Assembly (NCBI GenBank): GCA_036679605.1
Contig: JAZDCZ010000247.1
Location: 1 to 64,000 of the forward strand
DNA from: Gemmatimonadota bacterium
Lineage (GTDB): Bacteria > Gemmatimonadota > Gemmatimonadetes > Gemmatimonadales > GWC2-71-9
Length of the DNA stretch: 64,000 nt
Reading direction: 5' to 3'
The notes under the pieces were generated by a model that ran no database searches, was not told where the DNA came from, and saw nothing but the letters and a program-made list of their open reading frames with translations. Of the stretch, positions 29,022 to 38,396 are shown in pieces (the first letter of the stretch is position 1; each line of letters starts with the position of its first letter). A program made the translations under genes and the position numbers.

Positions 29022-29744
29022 ATGATCCTGTTGGACCCGAACGCGCGGCCTGTGGTCGCGCACCGGGGAGCATCAGGAGAGTATCCTGAGAATACGCTCC
29101 TGGCTTTCGAGCGAGGCTTGGAGCAGGGTGCCGATGCGATAGAATTCGATGTTCGTGTAACTCGCGATGGCATACCGGTGGTGATCCATGACGGAACAGT
29201 CGATCGAACCGCGGACGGAAGCGGTGAAGTAGGTCGCCTCACGTGTCACGACGTTTGCAGTTTTGATCTGGGGGCAGGTCAGAAGATTCCCAGACTCGAG
29301 CATGTGTTCGAGAGTTTCCCGGGGGTCCCGATGATAATCGAGATGAAGGACGAAGCGGCCTCGGAGCCCGCACTTCGAACCATCGAACGGTGTGGTGCAG
29401 TGAAGCGTGCGTTGGTCGGTTCATTCGACCATGGCGCACTGAAACCATTTCGAGATGCTGCGATCGAGTGTTCCGCTTCCCGTCGAGATTCGACCATCTT
29501 TTGGCTGGCTTCTCGGCTCGGCTGGGCAATGAGAGGGCGAAGATACGCTGCTTTTACTGTACCCGCTCAGCGTGGCGCTTTGCGGGTGGTGGATGTTCGC
29601 TTTACCTCACTTGCGGCCAAGCATTCGAAGCCAGTACATGTATGGACAGTAGACGATCGTTCAGTGGCTATGAAACTGCGCGCCATGGGCGTTGCCGGTA
29701 TCATCACTAACTTTCCGGCTCGCATGCGCGATCTGAGTTCGTGA
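29022..29744 (+). CDS. Glycerophosphodiester phosphodiesterase
   Basis: 'AHRGASG..PENTL', 'EFDV..T.DG..VVIHD', 'WTVDD', 'GIITNFP'. Confidence 0.93.
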   Translation: MILLDPNARPVVAHRGASGEYPENTLLAFERGLEQGADAIEFDVRVTRDGIPVVIHDGTVDRTADGSGEVGRLTCHDVCSFDLGAGQKIPRLEHVFESFPGVPMIIEMKDEAASEPALRTIERCGAVKRALVGSFDHGALKPFRDAAIECSASRRDSTIFWLASRLGWAMRGRRYAAFTVPAQRGALRVVDVRFTSLAAKHSKPVHVWTVDDRSVAMKLRAMGVAGIITNFPARMRDLSS

Positions 29745-29862
29745 AGAGTCACGACGGACCCACCAAGGAGAGATCGTGAGATTTCGACAACTTGCTAAGG
29801 CAATGAGCCTGAACTGCGGGACACCGCTGGTGTCGGTCTCTCGGATAGGCGGGAGCGCTTAA

Positions 29863-30717
29863 GTGCAGCTGACGGATCTCTTTCTCCTGGGGGCGGTGGG
29901 AGCCGCAATAGTTGCGTTGCTCTTGGCGTCGCGATCACCATCCGCTCTGCGTCGGCCCGACCCGACCAAGGAAGTATTCGAGGTCGATGATGGGCCGATG
30001 CCACAACTGGACGGCAGTCACATGCGACCCGGGAGAGAGTTGCTGTCAGCTTGGGTGCAGTTTCTGCGGAGTGCAATTGCCGAAGCCGCGAACGCACTGC
30101 ACAACAGACTCAATGTCATCGCCGCCGTAGCGGACATGGACTCATCCAATCTCACTAAGGAGCAGCAAAGGGCCCTGAGTCAGATCAAGATCGAAGTGGC
30201 CAGGGCTGCGAAAATATCGAACGGTCTTATGCGACGTGTGACCACGATGGCGCCAAACACCTCGCCTGTGGCTCTTTATGAATACGATGGCGAGGGGATG
30301 GAGCCGGCGCGCATCCTGATCGTAGAGGATGACGATGCCAACCGATCGGTCATGGTTAGATTGTTCCAGAGCCTGGGCCATGAGGTTACCGCGGTGACCG
30401 ACGGCCGGGATGCCTTCGAAGAACTCAAGCTGCGTCCGATTGATTGCGTGATCAGTGACATACGGTTGCCATACGTGGGCGGACGAACTCTGTTTGAGCA
30501 GGTCGAGGAGCGGTTACCGCACCTTGCGAGTAAATTCGTCTTCGTGACTGGAGACTACACGCGTCCGGAGTCGCGGGAATTCTTGGAGCGGACGGGACAG
30601 CCCTTCATTGGGAAACCGTACGAGTTGAATGAGTTATTGGGGGCGGTTGCCATGACTCTCAAACGCCGCCTGAGTATCTCGGCGACTGACCGGCCCGTAT
30701 CGGGACAGGCAACATAG
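29863..30717 (+). CDS. Membrane-anchored receiver-domain protein with degenerate HisKA-like segment
   Basis: N-terminal TM helix; 'AEAANALHNRLNVI' H-box-like helix; REC motifs 'IVEDD', 'ISDIRLP', 'VTG', 'KP'. Confidence 0.8.
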   Translation: MQLTDLFLLGAVGAAIVALLLASRSPSALRRPDPTKEVFEVDDGPMPQLDGSHMRPGRELLSAWVQFLRSAIAEAANALHNRLNVIAAVADMDSSNLTKEQQRALSQIKIEVARAAKISNGLMRRVTTMAPNTSPVALYEYDGEGMEPARILIVEDDDANRSVMVRLFQSLGHEVTAVTDGRDAFEELKLRPIDCVISDIRLPYVGGRTLFEQVEERLPHLASKFVFVTGDYTRPESREFLERTGQPFIGKPYELNELLGAVAMTLKRRLSISATDRPVSGQAT

Positions 30718-30767
30718 GTAACTGCTGTAGACGTAGGATCTTGGAATCGAAACTGGAGTAAGAACCA

Positions 30768-31802
30768 ATGGCTTCTAGGTTTGAAAGGATTCCCTTCCGT
30801 CCGTTGCTCCGCTTGGCGATCTACTATGCGGTGCTGATCACGGGCGCGCTGCTTGTAAAGTCGCGCTGGCCGGATCTTTACAATTTGGTTTCCCGTTCTC
30901 GACTGCAGGGCTCGGGCGTGGCGGCCAATATCATGGCTGCCCCTGGTGGAGCAGGATCGGTCACTGCCCATCCGGGCATGACCGCGATAGCTATTGTGAG
31001 CGCACTCGTCGTCATGTTGCCGGTGGCATGGGTCTACATGATAACCAAGCACCGGAAGGGCTACGATCAATCGGTTGTCCACACACTCATTGTGTTGCCA
31101 GTCGCCATATGTGGTGTGGTGGTGATCGTACAAAACAGTGTGGCGCTCGCGTTTAGTCTGGCCGGAATTGTGGCCGCAGTACGATTTCGTAACACGCTCA
31201 AAGACACGAAGGACGCCGTCTATATCTTTGTTGCAATCGCTATCGGGTTGTCTGTGGGCGTACAGAATCTAGAGGTTGCCGGGGTAATCTCGATCCTGTT
31301 CAATCTGATCGTCTTGGGCCTGTGGTGGACGAATTTCGGCAATGTGTATGCGGATCAGCTCAGTCGAACCGGTCCGGTTACGGCGGGGCAAGCCGTGGCG
31401 GGGTCCAGCCCAGATAACGTCCATATGCTCGGTGACCCCGAATTGCTGGAGGCCATGGATTCTACAGAGCTGGGGGAGTTGGCGGATCGAGCCCAACGGT
31501 TTCGCGAACATGTCGCGTCCAGGAGCGATGACGATGCTAAGAAACGACCGAATGCGGTGGTGATAGTGCATGTGTCGGACGCCGAACAATCGCAGAGCAG
31601 CATCGAAGATGTGTTGGAACGGTTGACCAAGGACTGGAAACTGGTAGAGATCATGCAGGGAAAGGAGGAGCGGTGGGTTTTGGAGTATCTGATTCGCGCT
31701 AAGCAATCTCTCGCTCCCTCAGCGCTGCTGCAACAGATCAAGGATGGTGGTGCTCCTTTCGTGCTCGCTACTGAGTTTAGATCTCTCAAGGGGCTGCGTT
31801 AA
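30768..31802 (+). CDS. DUF4956-family membrane protein
   Basis: 'NSVALAFSLAGIVAAVRFRNTLKDTKDAVYIF.AIAIGL' signature; multiple TM helices and a soluble C-terminal domain. Confidence 0.85.
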   Translation: MASRFERIPFRPLLRLAIYYAVLITGALLVKSRWPDLYNLVSRSRLQGSGVAANIMAAPGGAGSVTAHPGMTAIAIVSALVVMLPVAWVYMITKHRKGYDQSVVHTLIVLPVAICGVVVIVQNSVALAFSLAGIVAAVRFRNTLKDTKDAVYIFVAIAIGLSVGVQNLEVAGVISILFNLIVLGLWWTNFGNVYADQLSRTGPVTAGQAVAGSSPDNVHMLGDPELLEAMDSTELGELADRAQRFREHVASRSDDDAKKRPNAVVIVHVSDAEQSQSSIEDVLERLTKDWKLVEIMQGKEERWVLEYLIRAKQSLAPSALLQQIKDGGAPFVLATEFRSLKGLR

Positions 31803-34800
31803 TTGTCGCTGTTGAACGATTCCCTGGTGAGGCTGATCGTAGCCGATGCTGACCTTCTGAATCGGCTCAAGACAGACCCGTTGCCAGTCAAGCTCCGTTC
31901 GGGCGAAGCACAGCGTAGTTTCTTCCGTGACTTGTACTTCGACACGCATGACCGCGTCCTTGAAAGCAAGAGGGTGACCTGTCGGTTGCGTATGCCGCCT
32001 CAGGGAGAGAGAATCCTGACGGTTCGAATACGAACCGGCGTCGAGGACGATTCGTCGAATACCGGCGGAAACGTTTTCAGCGCGGTCGTGCCGGTTGTTG
32101 ACGAGGAAGAGCTGTTCGAGCATCCGACCGAACCCACACAGGTGCTGCGTGCGATCATTGATCCGCAGCGACTGAGTCCACGCGTGGAACTGGAAATGGA
32201 TCGCACGGTGCGAGCCGGCAGAGGTCGGTTTCGCATGAAGCCGCAATTCGAGTTTCGATATGACACCGTGACTGTCCGGGCCGGTGAGCTAGAGGGGGTG
32301 TTTCAGGATCTCACCATTAGGCGTGTGGCGCCGGGCGGTCCCGATCTCAAGGCTTTGACCGCAGCGTTTGATGACGTATACGGCATCCAGCCCGGACTCG
32401 GCGGCAGGTTGGATCGGGCCCGTTCTGTGCTCGACAGGCTTGAAGTGGAGTCGCTCGAGCATGCAGTGCAGGCGGCACGGGAAGTTGCCGTCATCCCGTT
32501 CGACTTCGGTAGGGTGGGGATGCATCTGGACAACGGCGTTCTCAAGGTACTGACTGGGTCTGGGGGTGGAGAGGAAGCCGCCCGGGCAGTGCTCAAGACC
32601 TGGTTCTTGAGTTCGCAAGCACAACTTAGGCTCTTGGGGACGTCACCGGGGACAGGCAATCGTCCGGCGATGGAGGTGTGGATAGCCCGCCGAATACCGA
32701 CGGGTCGAGACGGCCAGCCGGAACTCGAGTGGTTGTTCTTGGACGACATGATCTCTCTGGTGGGATCGCCTTCTGTGAGAGACAGCAGAACGTTGGCCGC
32801 ATTGCATGTTGCGGCGCGCTCAGAACTCGTGCGGGAACGACCCGTCTGGGCGCAACGTGGCAAGATCCCCGAGGGGATCTCGATGGATCTATCAGACGAG
32901 ATGCCAACGCAGGGACGCACGTCAGGCGCGCTGAGGGATCCGCAACTTGCAGCGAGTGCCCTGGATGTGTCGAGGCCCGACCCCGAGCAGTTCATCAACC
33001 GGGATTTGAGTCAACTCGCCTTCAACCTGCGGGTGCTCGAACTTGCTGAGGACAGACGTGTGCCCACGCTTGAACGGTTGAAGTATCTGTCGATCTTCAA
33101 CGCGACGATGGACGAGGTGTTCATGGTCAGGGTCGGAGTGCTGAAGCGCGCGACAGCCGGCGGTGGGTCGCGGAGGAGTATCGATGGATTGACGGCGGGT
33201 GAGCGGTTGGAGGCGGTGGCCATTCGTTCGAGACGGTTGATTGAGCGTGCCTATGGTTGTCTTTCCGACCAACTCTTACCCGAGCTTGCCGAGCATGGCA
33301 TCAAGATTCTCCGTTATTCGGACATGACCGATGAGCAGATCAAGTTTCTGAGAGGCCATTTCGAGGAGCAAGTCTTTCCGGTGTTGACTCCTCTGGCTGC
33401 TAGTCCCAGCCACCCGTTTCCGCACATCCCCAACTTCACAATTGCAATTGCATCGATGGTGCGAGATCCTGGAACCGGTACGGAACACTTTGCGGCTGTG
33501 CCGGTGCCGCCGTCAATTCCCAGATTCATTCGCCTACCAGAGACACATCACTTTGTGCCGATAGAGGCTGTGATGTGTGCGAACATCGAGATGATGTTCC
33601 ATGGCCTGGAGGTGATATCTTCGCATTGGTTGCGGGTGACTCGAAGCGGTGAAGTGCGGGTGGACGAATGGAGTTCACAGGATCTCATGCAAGCCATCGA
33701 GGAGGAAATTGAGAAGCGCCCATTCGGTCCTGTGGTACGTCTCGAGGTAGATGCGGCGATGCCGAAGGCGATGGTAGAGCTCTTAGTACAGGAGTTTTGC
33801 TACGAGGAGCCGTGTGATGTGAGCATGTTCGGGGAGTCGGATGTGTATCAGTATGATTGGCTTCCCGATCTAGGTGGCCTAGGAGAGATCGCCAAAGTAG
33901 ACAAGCCGGAGCTGCACTTTGGGAAGTTCGCTCCTGCCGAGCCCGACGATCCTGATCGCCTTCTGGTCGATCTGATTAGTGAAGGCGATATCATAAAGAA
34001 CTTCCCGTTCGATTCATTCGAAATGTCCGCAGAGCGATTCTTCGTGGAAGCTGCCGAAGATCCGGACGTGCTCGCCATCAAAGTGACACTCTATCGAACA
34101 AATCAGAACTCACAGATAGTCAGAGCCCTCGAACGCGCAGTTGCTACGGGTAAACAGGTCGTTGCACTGGTAGAATTGAAGGCCCGATTTGAAGAGGAGC
34201 GCAACATCGAATGGGCGAAATCGCTGGAGCGCGCTGGAATCCACGTGGTCTACGGCCTCCTGGGTCTCAAGACCCACGGCAAGATAGGGTTGGTCGTTCG
34301 GCGAGAGGGAGATGCCATGCGGCGATACGTTTATGTCGGCACGGGTAATCTTAACTCTGAAACGGCCAAGCACTACACAGACTTCGGGTTCTTCACTGCC
34401 GATCCCGAGATTGGTGCTGACATTAACGATCTCTTCAACGCAGTATCGGGTTACGCTCCCAGAGAAAAATATCGGCGGCTACTGGTTGCACCCCACACAA
34501 TGCTTCCACGATTTCTGGAACTCATCGAACGTGAGAGCGAGCACTCTAAAGCCGGGCGCGGTGGGAGAATCAGGGCCAAGATGAACGGATTGGGAGATCC
34601 GGAACTGATCGCCGCCCTCTATAGAGCATCGCAGGCCGGGGTGCATATCGATCTCATCGTGCGGGGAATATGCTCGCTCAGACCCGGAGTGCGTGGCCTT
34701 TCAGACCGTATTCGCGTGATCTGTGTGCTTGGCCGCTTTCTGGAGCATCCCCGCATATTTCATTTCGGCAACGACGATGACGATGAGTACTACATCGGAT

Positions 34801-35018
34801 CGGCCGACTGGCGCACTCGAAACCTCAGACGTCGCGTAGAGGTTGTAGTACCAATCACGGATAAACGCTGTCAGAGCGTACTGGACAAGGTTCTCGATAT
34901 GCAGTTGTACGATCCACTGGCGTGGGAGCTGACCGCTGATGGTTCGTACGTAAGGCGCAATATGCAGGGCGTCGGCTCGCAAGAGCAATTGATCGCCCGT
35001 GCCCTTGGAGACACGTAA
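31803..35018 (+). CDS. ppk1: Polyphosphate kinase 1 with ~390-aa N-terminal extension (CYTH-like + Nudix-like)
   Basis: PPK1 motifs 'FINRDLS.LAFN.RVL', 'ELKARFEEERN', 'GLKTHGK', 'RFLEH.RI', 'GSADW..RNL.RRVE'; N-terminal 'DLYFDT.D..L.....CRLR'. Confidence 0.92.
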   Translation: MSLLNDSLVRLIVADADLLNRLKTDPLPVKLRSGEAQRSFFRDLYFDTHDRVLESKRVTCRLRMPPQGERILTVRIRTGVEDDSSNTGGNVFSAVVPVVDEEELFEHPTEPTQVLRAIIDPQRLSPRVELEMDRTVRAGRGRFRMKPQFEFRYDTVTVRAGELEGVFQDLTIRRVAPGGPDLKALTAAFDDVYGIQPGLGGRLDRARSVLDRLEVESLEHAVQAAREVAVIPFDFGRVGMHLDNGVLKVLTGSGGGEEAARAVLKTWFLSSQAQLRLLGTSPGTGNRPAMEVWIARRIPTGRDGQPELEWLFLDDMISLVGSPSVRDSRTLAALHVAARSELVRERPVWAQRGKIPEGISMDLSDEMPTQGRTSGALRDPQLAASALDVSRPDPEQFINRDLSQLAFNLRVLELAEDRRVPTLERLKYLSIFNATMDEVFMVRVGVLKRATAGGGSRRSIDGLTAGERLEAVAIRSRRLIERAYGCLSDQLLPELAEHGIKILRYSDMTDEQIKFLRGHFEEQVFPVLTPLAASPSHPFPHIPNFTIAIASMVRDPGTGTEHFAAVPVPPSIPRFIRLPETHHFVPIEAVMCANIEMMFHGLEVISSHWLRVTRSGEVRVDEWSSQDLMQAIEEEIEKRPFGPVVRLEVDAAMPKAMVELLVQEFCYEEPCDVSMFGESDVYQYDWLPDLGGLGEIAKVDKPELHFGKFAPAEPDDPDRLLVDLISEGDIIKNFPFDSFEMSAERFFVEAAEDPDVLAIKVTLYRTNQNSQIVRALERAVATGKQVVALVELKARFEEERNIEWAKSLERAGIHVVYGLLGLKTHGKIGLVVRREGDAMRRYVYVGTGNLNSETAKHYTDFGFFTADPEIGADINDLFNAVSGYAPREKYRRLLVAPHTMLPRFLELIERESEHSKAGRGGRIRAKMNGLGDPELIAALYRASQAGVHIDLIVRGICSLRPGVRGLSDRIRVICVLGRFLEHPRIFHFGNDDDDEYYIGSADWRTRNLRRRVEVVVPITDKRCQSVLDKVLDMQLYDPLAWELTADGSYVRRNMQGVGSQEQLIARALGDT

Positions 35019-37216
35019 TGAGACAGCATTGCTTGCTGGTCATGATCGCCCAACTCTTGGCAGTGCCGGCTCTAGCGCAGGTATCTCAGCTCAGAGAGCT
35101 ACCTAGGCTCAGCAACGAGACCATTTGGAACTCGCCGGAGTTCACCAATGATATGGTGTCTGCCGACTGGGACCGGAACCCGCAGTACTTCACCATTACG
35201 CGAAGTGGCAGCAGTGGGGCATCGGATATTTATCGGATCGACGCGCGCTCGGGTACGGAGGAGTTGCTGGTCAGTGGCAGTGACCTAGTGCCACGCGGAC
35301 AACACAATCCGATCAAGGTTGAGTCGTACCGATTTTCCGACGACGGGACGAAAGTGCTCATCTTCACGAACTCAGTTCGCGTCTGGAGACAGAATACCAA
35401 GGGTGAGTACTTCATCTGGGACAGGAATAGACGGCAGCTCAATCCGATCAGTGACCGTCCCGGGTTACAGCAGTTCGCCAAGCTATCACCCAACGCGAAG
35501 TCGGTAGCGTTCGTACGAGATAACAACATCTTTGTCGCGGAATTGCGATCCGGGAGGGAAAAGCAACTCACGTTCGACGGCGATGAGAACGTAATCAACG
35601 GTACGTCCGATTGGGTTTATGAAGAGGAACTGGGAGTGCGAGACGCGTTTAGCTTCAGTCCCGATGGCAAACGGATTGTGTTTTGGCGGTTTGATCAGTC
35701 AGCGATCAAACCGTTCTTTTTGATCGACCAAACGTCACCGCATCCTAGTCTACTTTCCGTCCGATATCCACTTGCAGGTGAACAAAACTCGGAAGTGAAG
35801 ATCGGTGTGGCTGAAATCGCCTCAGGCAAAACCACCTGGGTTGATCTCGGTACTGAAGAAGATATCTACGTCGCCGCGTTGGGTTTTGCGGAACAGTCCG
35901 ACGACATTTGGCTCACTCGTCTCAATCGGCATCAGAATAAGCAGGACCTGATGATGGCCGATGCCCAGACAGGCGTGTCTAGAGTCATCATGACCGACAC
36001 TGATGATGCCTGGATCGACGCTCGAGCGCCGAGGTGGATCGACGACGGTGAACGATTTCTGATCGAGAGCGAGCGCGACGGCTACAATCAGGTGTTTCTG
36101 TACAGCCGTGACGGCAGTTTAGTACGCAAGGTGACTACGGCGGAGTGGGATGTTATGCGTGTATTGGGGGTCGATGAGGAGCACAGGGTCCTCTATTTCA
36201 CCGGAGCAGGCGAGGGGCCCTTGGTCAGGCCGCTCTACAGTGTGCAACTCGATGGCACAGGTCTCAAGAGGATATCGTCTGCGAACGGTACTCACAGCAT
36301 CGAGTTCAATAGCGACTACTCAATGTATGTGGATACCTACTCTAGTGCCGGCGTGCCTCCCGTGAAGACGTTACACGATTCGGACGGCAGCGTTGTCCGC
36401 ACCATTGCCGACAACGAACGGGTGATTGAGAATGTGCGGGCGTTGAGTCTAACGCCACCCGAGTTCATCAAGGTTCCTGCGGCCGACGGGACCAGACTGA
36501 ACGCCTACATCATACGGCCGCCGGACTTCGATCCGGGAAGAAAGTATCCGGTTCTCATGTACGTTTATGGTGGTCCGGGATCGCAGACAGTGCAGGACTC
36601 TTGGGGTGGTGGGCGCTATCTCTGGCACCAACTCTTGGCTTCGGATGGCTACGTCGTGATGAGCGTGGATAACCGCGGCACGGGTGCTCGCGGACGCGAC
36701 TTCAAGAAGCAGACCTACTTGAACCTCGGGAAGCTTGAGGCGGCCGACCAGATTGCCGTCGCCGAGTACTTGGGTTCGCTGGCGTTCGTCGACGCCAACC
36801 GCATAGGCGTATGGGGATGGAGCTACGGTGGCTACATGTCGCTCTTGGCTATGTTGCGGGGCAACGGTGTGTTCAAGGCGGCGTTGTCGGTGGCACCTGT
36901 CACCGATTGGCGCTTCTATGACACAATCTATACCGAGCGATACATGCGAACGCCTCAGGAAAACGAACAGGGGTACAACTCCGGCGCTCCGCTAGGTTAT
37001 GCCGATAGGTTGCAGGGGAATTTGTTGCTGGTACACGGTACCGGCGACGACAACGTGCATCCACAAAATACCATACGGATGATCCAGGCGCTGGAAGATG
37101 CAAACAGACAGTTCGACATGCGTCTGTATCCCAACAAGACCCACTCGATCAGTGGTGGTCGCACTAGAGTGAACCTGTATGACCTGTTCACTGAGTGGCT
37201 GAAAGAAAACTTGTAG
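35018..37216 (+). CDS. Dipeptidyl peptidase IV (S9B)
   Basis: 'NGTSDWVYEEE', 'GWSYGG', 'HGTGDDNVH'; signal peptide. Confidence 0.95.
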   Translation: MRQHCLLVMIAQLLAVPALAQVSQLRELPRLSNETIWNSPEFTNDMVSADWDRNPQYFTITRSGSSGASDIYRIDARSGTEELLVSGSDLVPRGQHNPIKVESYRFSDDGTKVLIFTNSVRVWRQNTKGEYFIWDRNRRQLNPISDRPGLQQFAKLSPNAKSVAFVRDNNIFVAELRSGREKQLTFDGDENVINGTSDWVYEEELGVRDAFSFSPDGKRIVFWRFDQSAIKPFFLIDQTSPHPSLLSVRYPLAGEQNSEVKIGVAEIASGKTTWVDLGTEEDIYVAALGFAEQSDDIWLTRLNRHQNKQDLMMADAQTGVSRVIMTDTDDAWIDARAPRWIDDGERFLIESERDGYNQVFLYSRDGSLVRKVTTAEWDVMRVLGVDEEHRVLYFTGAGEGPLVRPLYSVQLDGTGLKRISSANGTHSIEFNSDYSMYVDTYSSAGVPPVKTLHDSDGSVVRTIADNERVIENVRALSLTPPEFIKVPAADGTRLNAYIIRPPDFDPGRKYPVLMYVYGGPGSQTVQDSWGGGRYLWHQLLASDGYVVMSVDNRGTGARGRDFKKQTYLNLGKLEAADQIAVAEYLGSLAFVDANRIGVWGWSYGGYMSLLAMLRGNGVFKAALSVAPVTDWRFYDTIYTERYMRTPQENEQGYNSGAPLGYADRLQGNLLLVHGTGDDNVHPQNTIRMIQALEDANRQFDMRLYPNKTHSISGGRTRVNLYDLFTEWLKENL

Positions 37217-37223
37217 GGCTGGC

Positions 37224-38342
37224 TTAGTCCGACAAGAGATTCTGAAGCGCGGGTTGGAGCATTCCCAGCGCCTGCTCGAGTTCCCATAGCTCATTGCCGT
37301 AGCCGAGCCGCAAGGATCGCGGATACCCGAAGTGATCGCCCGGCTCTAGGAGAATACTTTTCTCGATGCGGATTCTATTCGCAAGGTCGAGTGCGGAAAT
37401 AGCTTGGCTGTAGCCTACGAAGCAGATCGCCCCACAGTCCGGCTTCTTCCACTGCACTAGGTCACCGAATCCGCGCAGCCACTCCTCCAGCACCGGATAG
37501 TTCTTGTTCAAGATGCCGCGGGTTCGGGCAAACAAACGGTCGCGTACACTGAGCGCCTGCCGGGCGAGGTAGTCGCTTGCAGCCGGCGGACATATCACCG
37601 TGTAGTCGTGGCGTGCATGGAACGATTCCTTGAGTTTGCTTGGTCCCACGATCCAGCCGATGCGGAGGCCAGGTAGTCCGTACGCTTTGGAGAGTCCACT
37701 CACCACTATGGTTCGTTCATAGCTACCCCAGAACGATCTCGTAGTCTGGCCGTCCAACTCGGCGCCCATATAGATCTCGTCCGCCAGCAGCCATGCACCG
37801 GCTTCCCGGGTACAAGCCAGGATGACCTCGCGTGACCGCTCCGTCAGTACGTGACCTGTCGGGTTGTTGGGATTGGTGACGACCACGAGCTTGGTCCCGG
37901 GAGAGATAGCTCGCCTAACGTCGTCCGGATCGAGCTCCCAGTCTAGCTCCCGTCTGAGATGAAACTCGGCAATGTCGGCGCCGAGGTTCTGTGCCAAACC
38001 CCAGGCCTGACGGTACATGGGAACCAGGGTTGCGATACGGTCGCCCGGCTCGATGAGTGACCAGCAGGTTAGAAAATTTGCCTCCGAGCTGCCCACGGTC
38101 ACTAAGACGTTTTGGTCGGTTGCCCCTGTGTAGAGCGCCGCGATAGCCGTGCGCAACTGGTCGGTGCCGTCAGCTTGTGAATAGCCGAGTGCTAAGGAGT
38201 CCAACTCCTCTCGATCGGCTCCAGCCAGTTCCAGCAGTTCCTTGATGGTAAGGGGGTGTACGCCGCTCTCTGACAGGTTGAAGTGCACGCGGTGTTCCCA
38301 CTTGCTTTGCCAGCGCTCTAATTCGAATGGTATGAAGGGCAA
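37224..38342 (-). CDS. PLP-dependent aminotransferase class I/II
   Basis: 'NPNNPTG', 'DEIY', 'SGLSKAYGLPGLRIGW'. Confidence 0.92.
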   Translation of the reverse strand: MPFIPFELERWQSKWEHRVHFNLSESGVHPLTIKELLELAGADREELDSLALGYSQADGTDQLRTAIAALYTGATDQNVLVTVGSSEANFLTCWSLIEPGDRIATLVPMYRQAWGLAQNLGADIAEFHLRRELDWELDPDDVRRAISPGTKLVVVTNPNNPTGHVLTERSREVILACTREAGAWLLADEIYMGAELDGQTTRSFWGSYERTIVVSGLSKAYGLPGLRIGWIVGPSKLKESFHARHDYTVICPPAASDYLARQALSVRDRLFARTRGILNKNYPVLEEWLRGFGDLVQWKKPDCGAICFVGYSQAISALDLANRIRIEKSILLEPGDHFGYPRSLRLGYGNELWELEQALGMLQPALQNLLSD

Positions 38343-38347
38343 CGGGT

Positions 38348-38384
38348 CTCCCGGGTTACTTGCCGAAGCAAGGTAGCCCGGGAG
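38348..38384 (-). promoter_or_regulatory. cUUCGg-capped hairpin covering the aminotransferase Shine-Dalgarno
   Basis: - strand reads CTCCCGGGCTACCTTGC-TTCG-GCAAGTAACCCGGGAG; the terminal GGGAG lies 5 nt before the TTG start. Confidence 0.55.
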
Positions 38385-38396
38385 TCCAGTAAGTGG

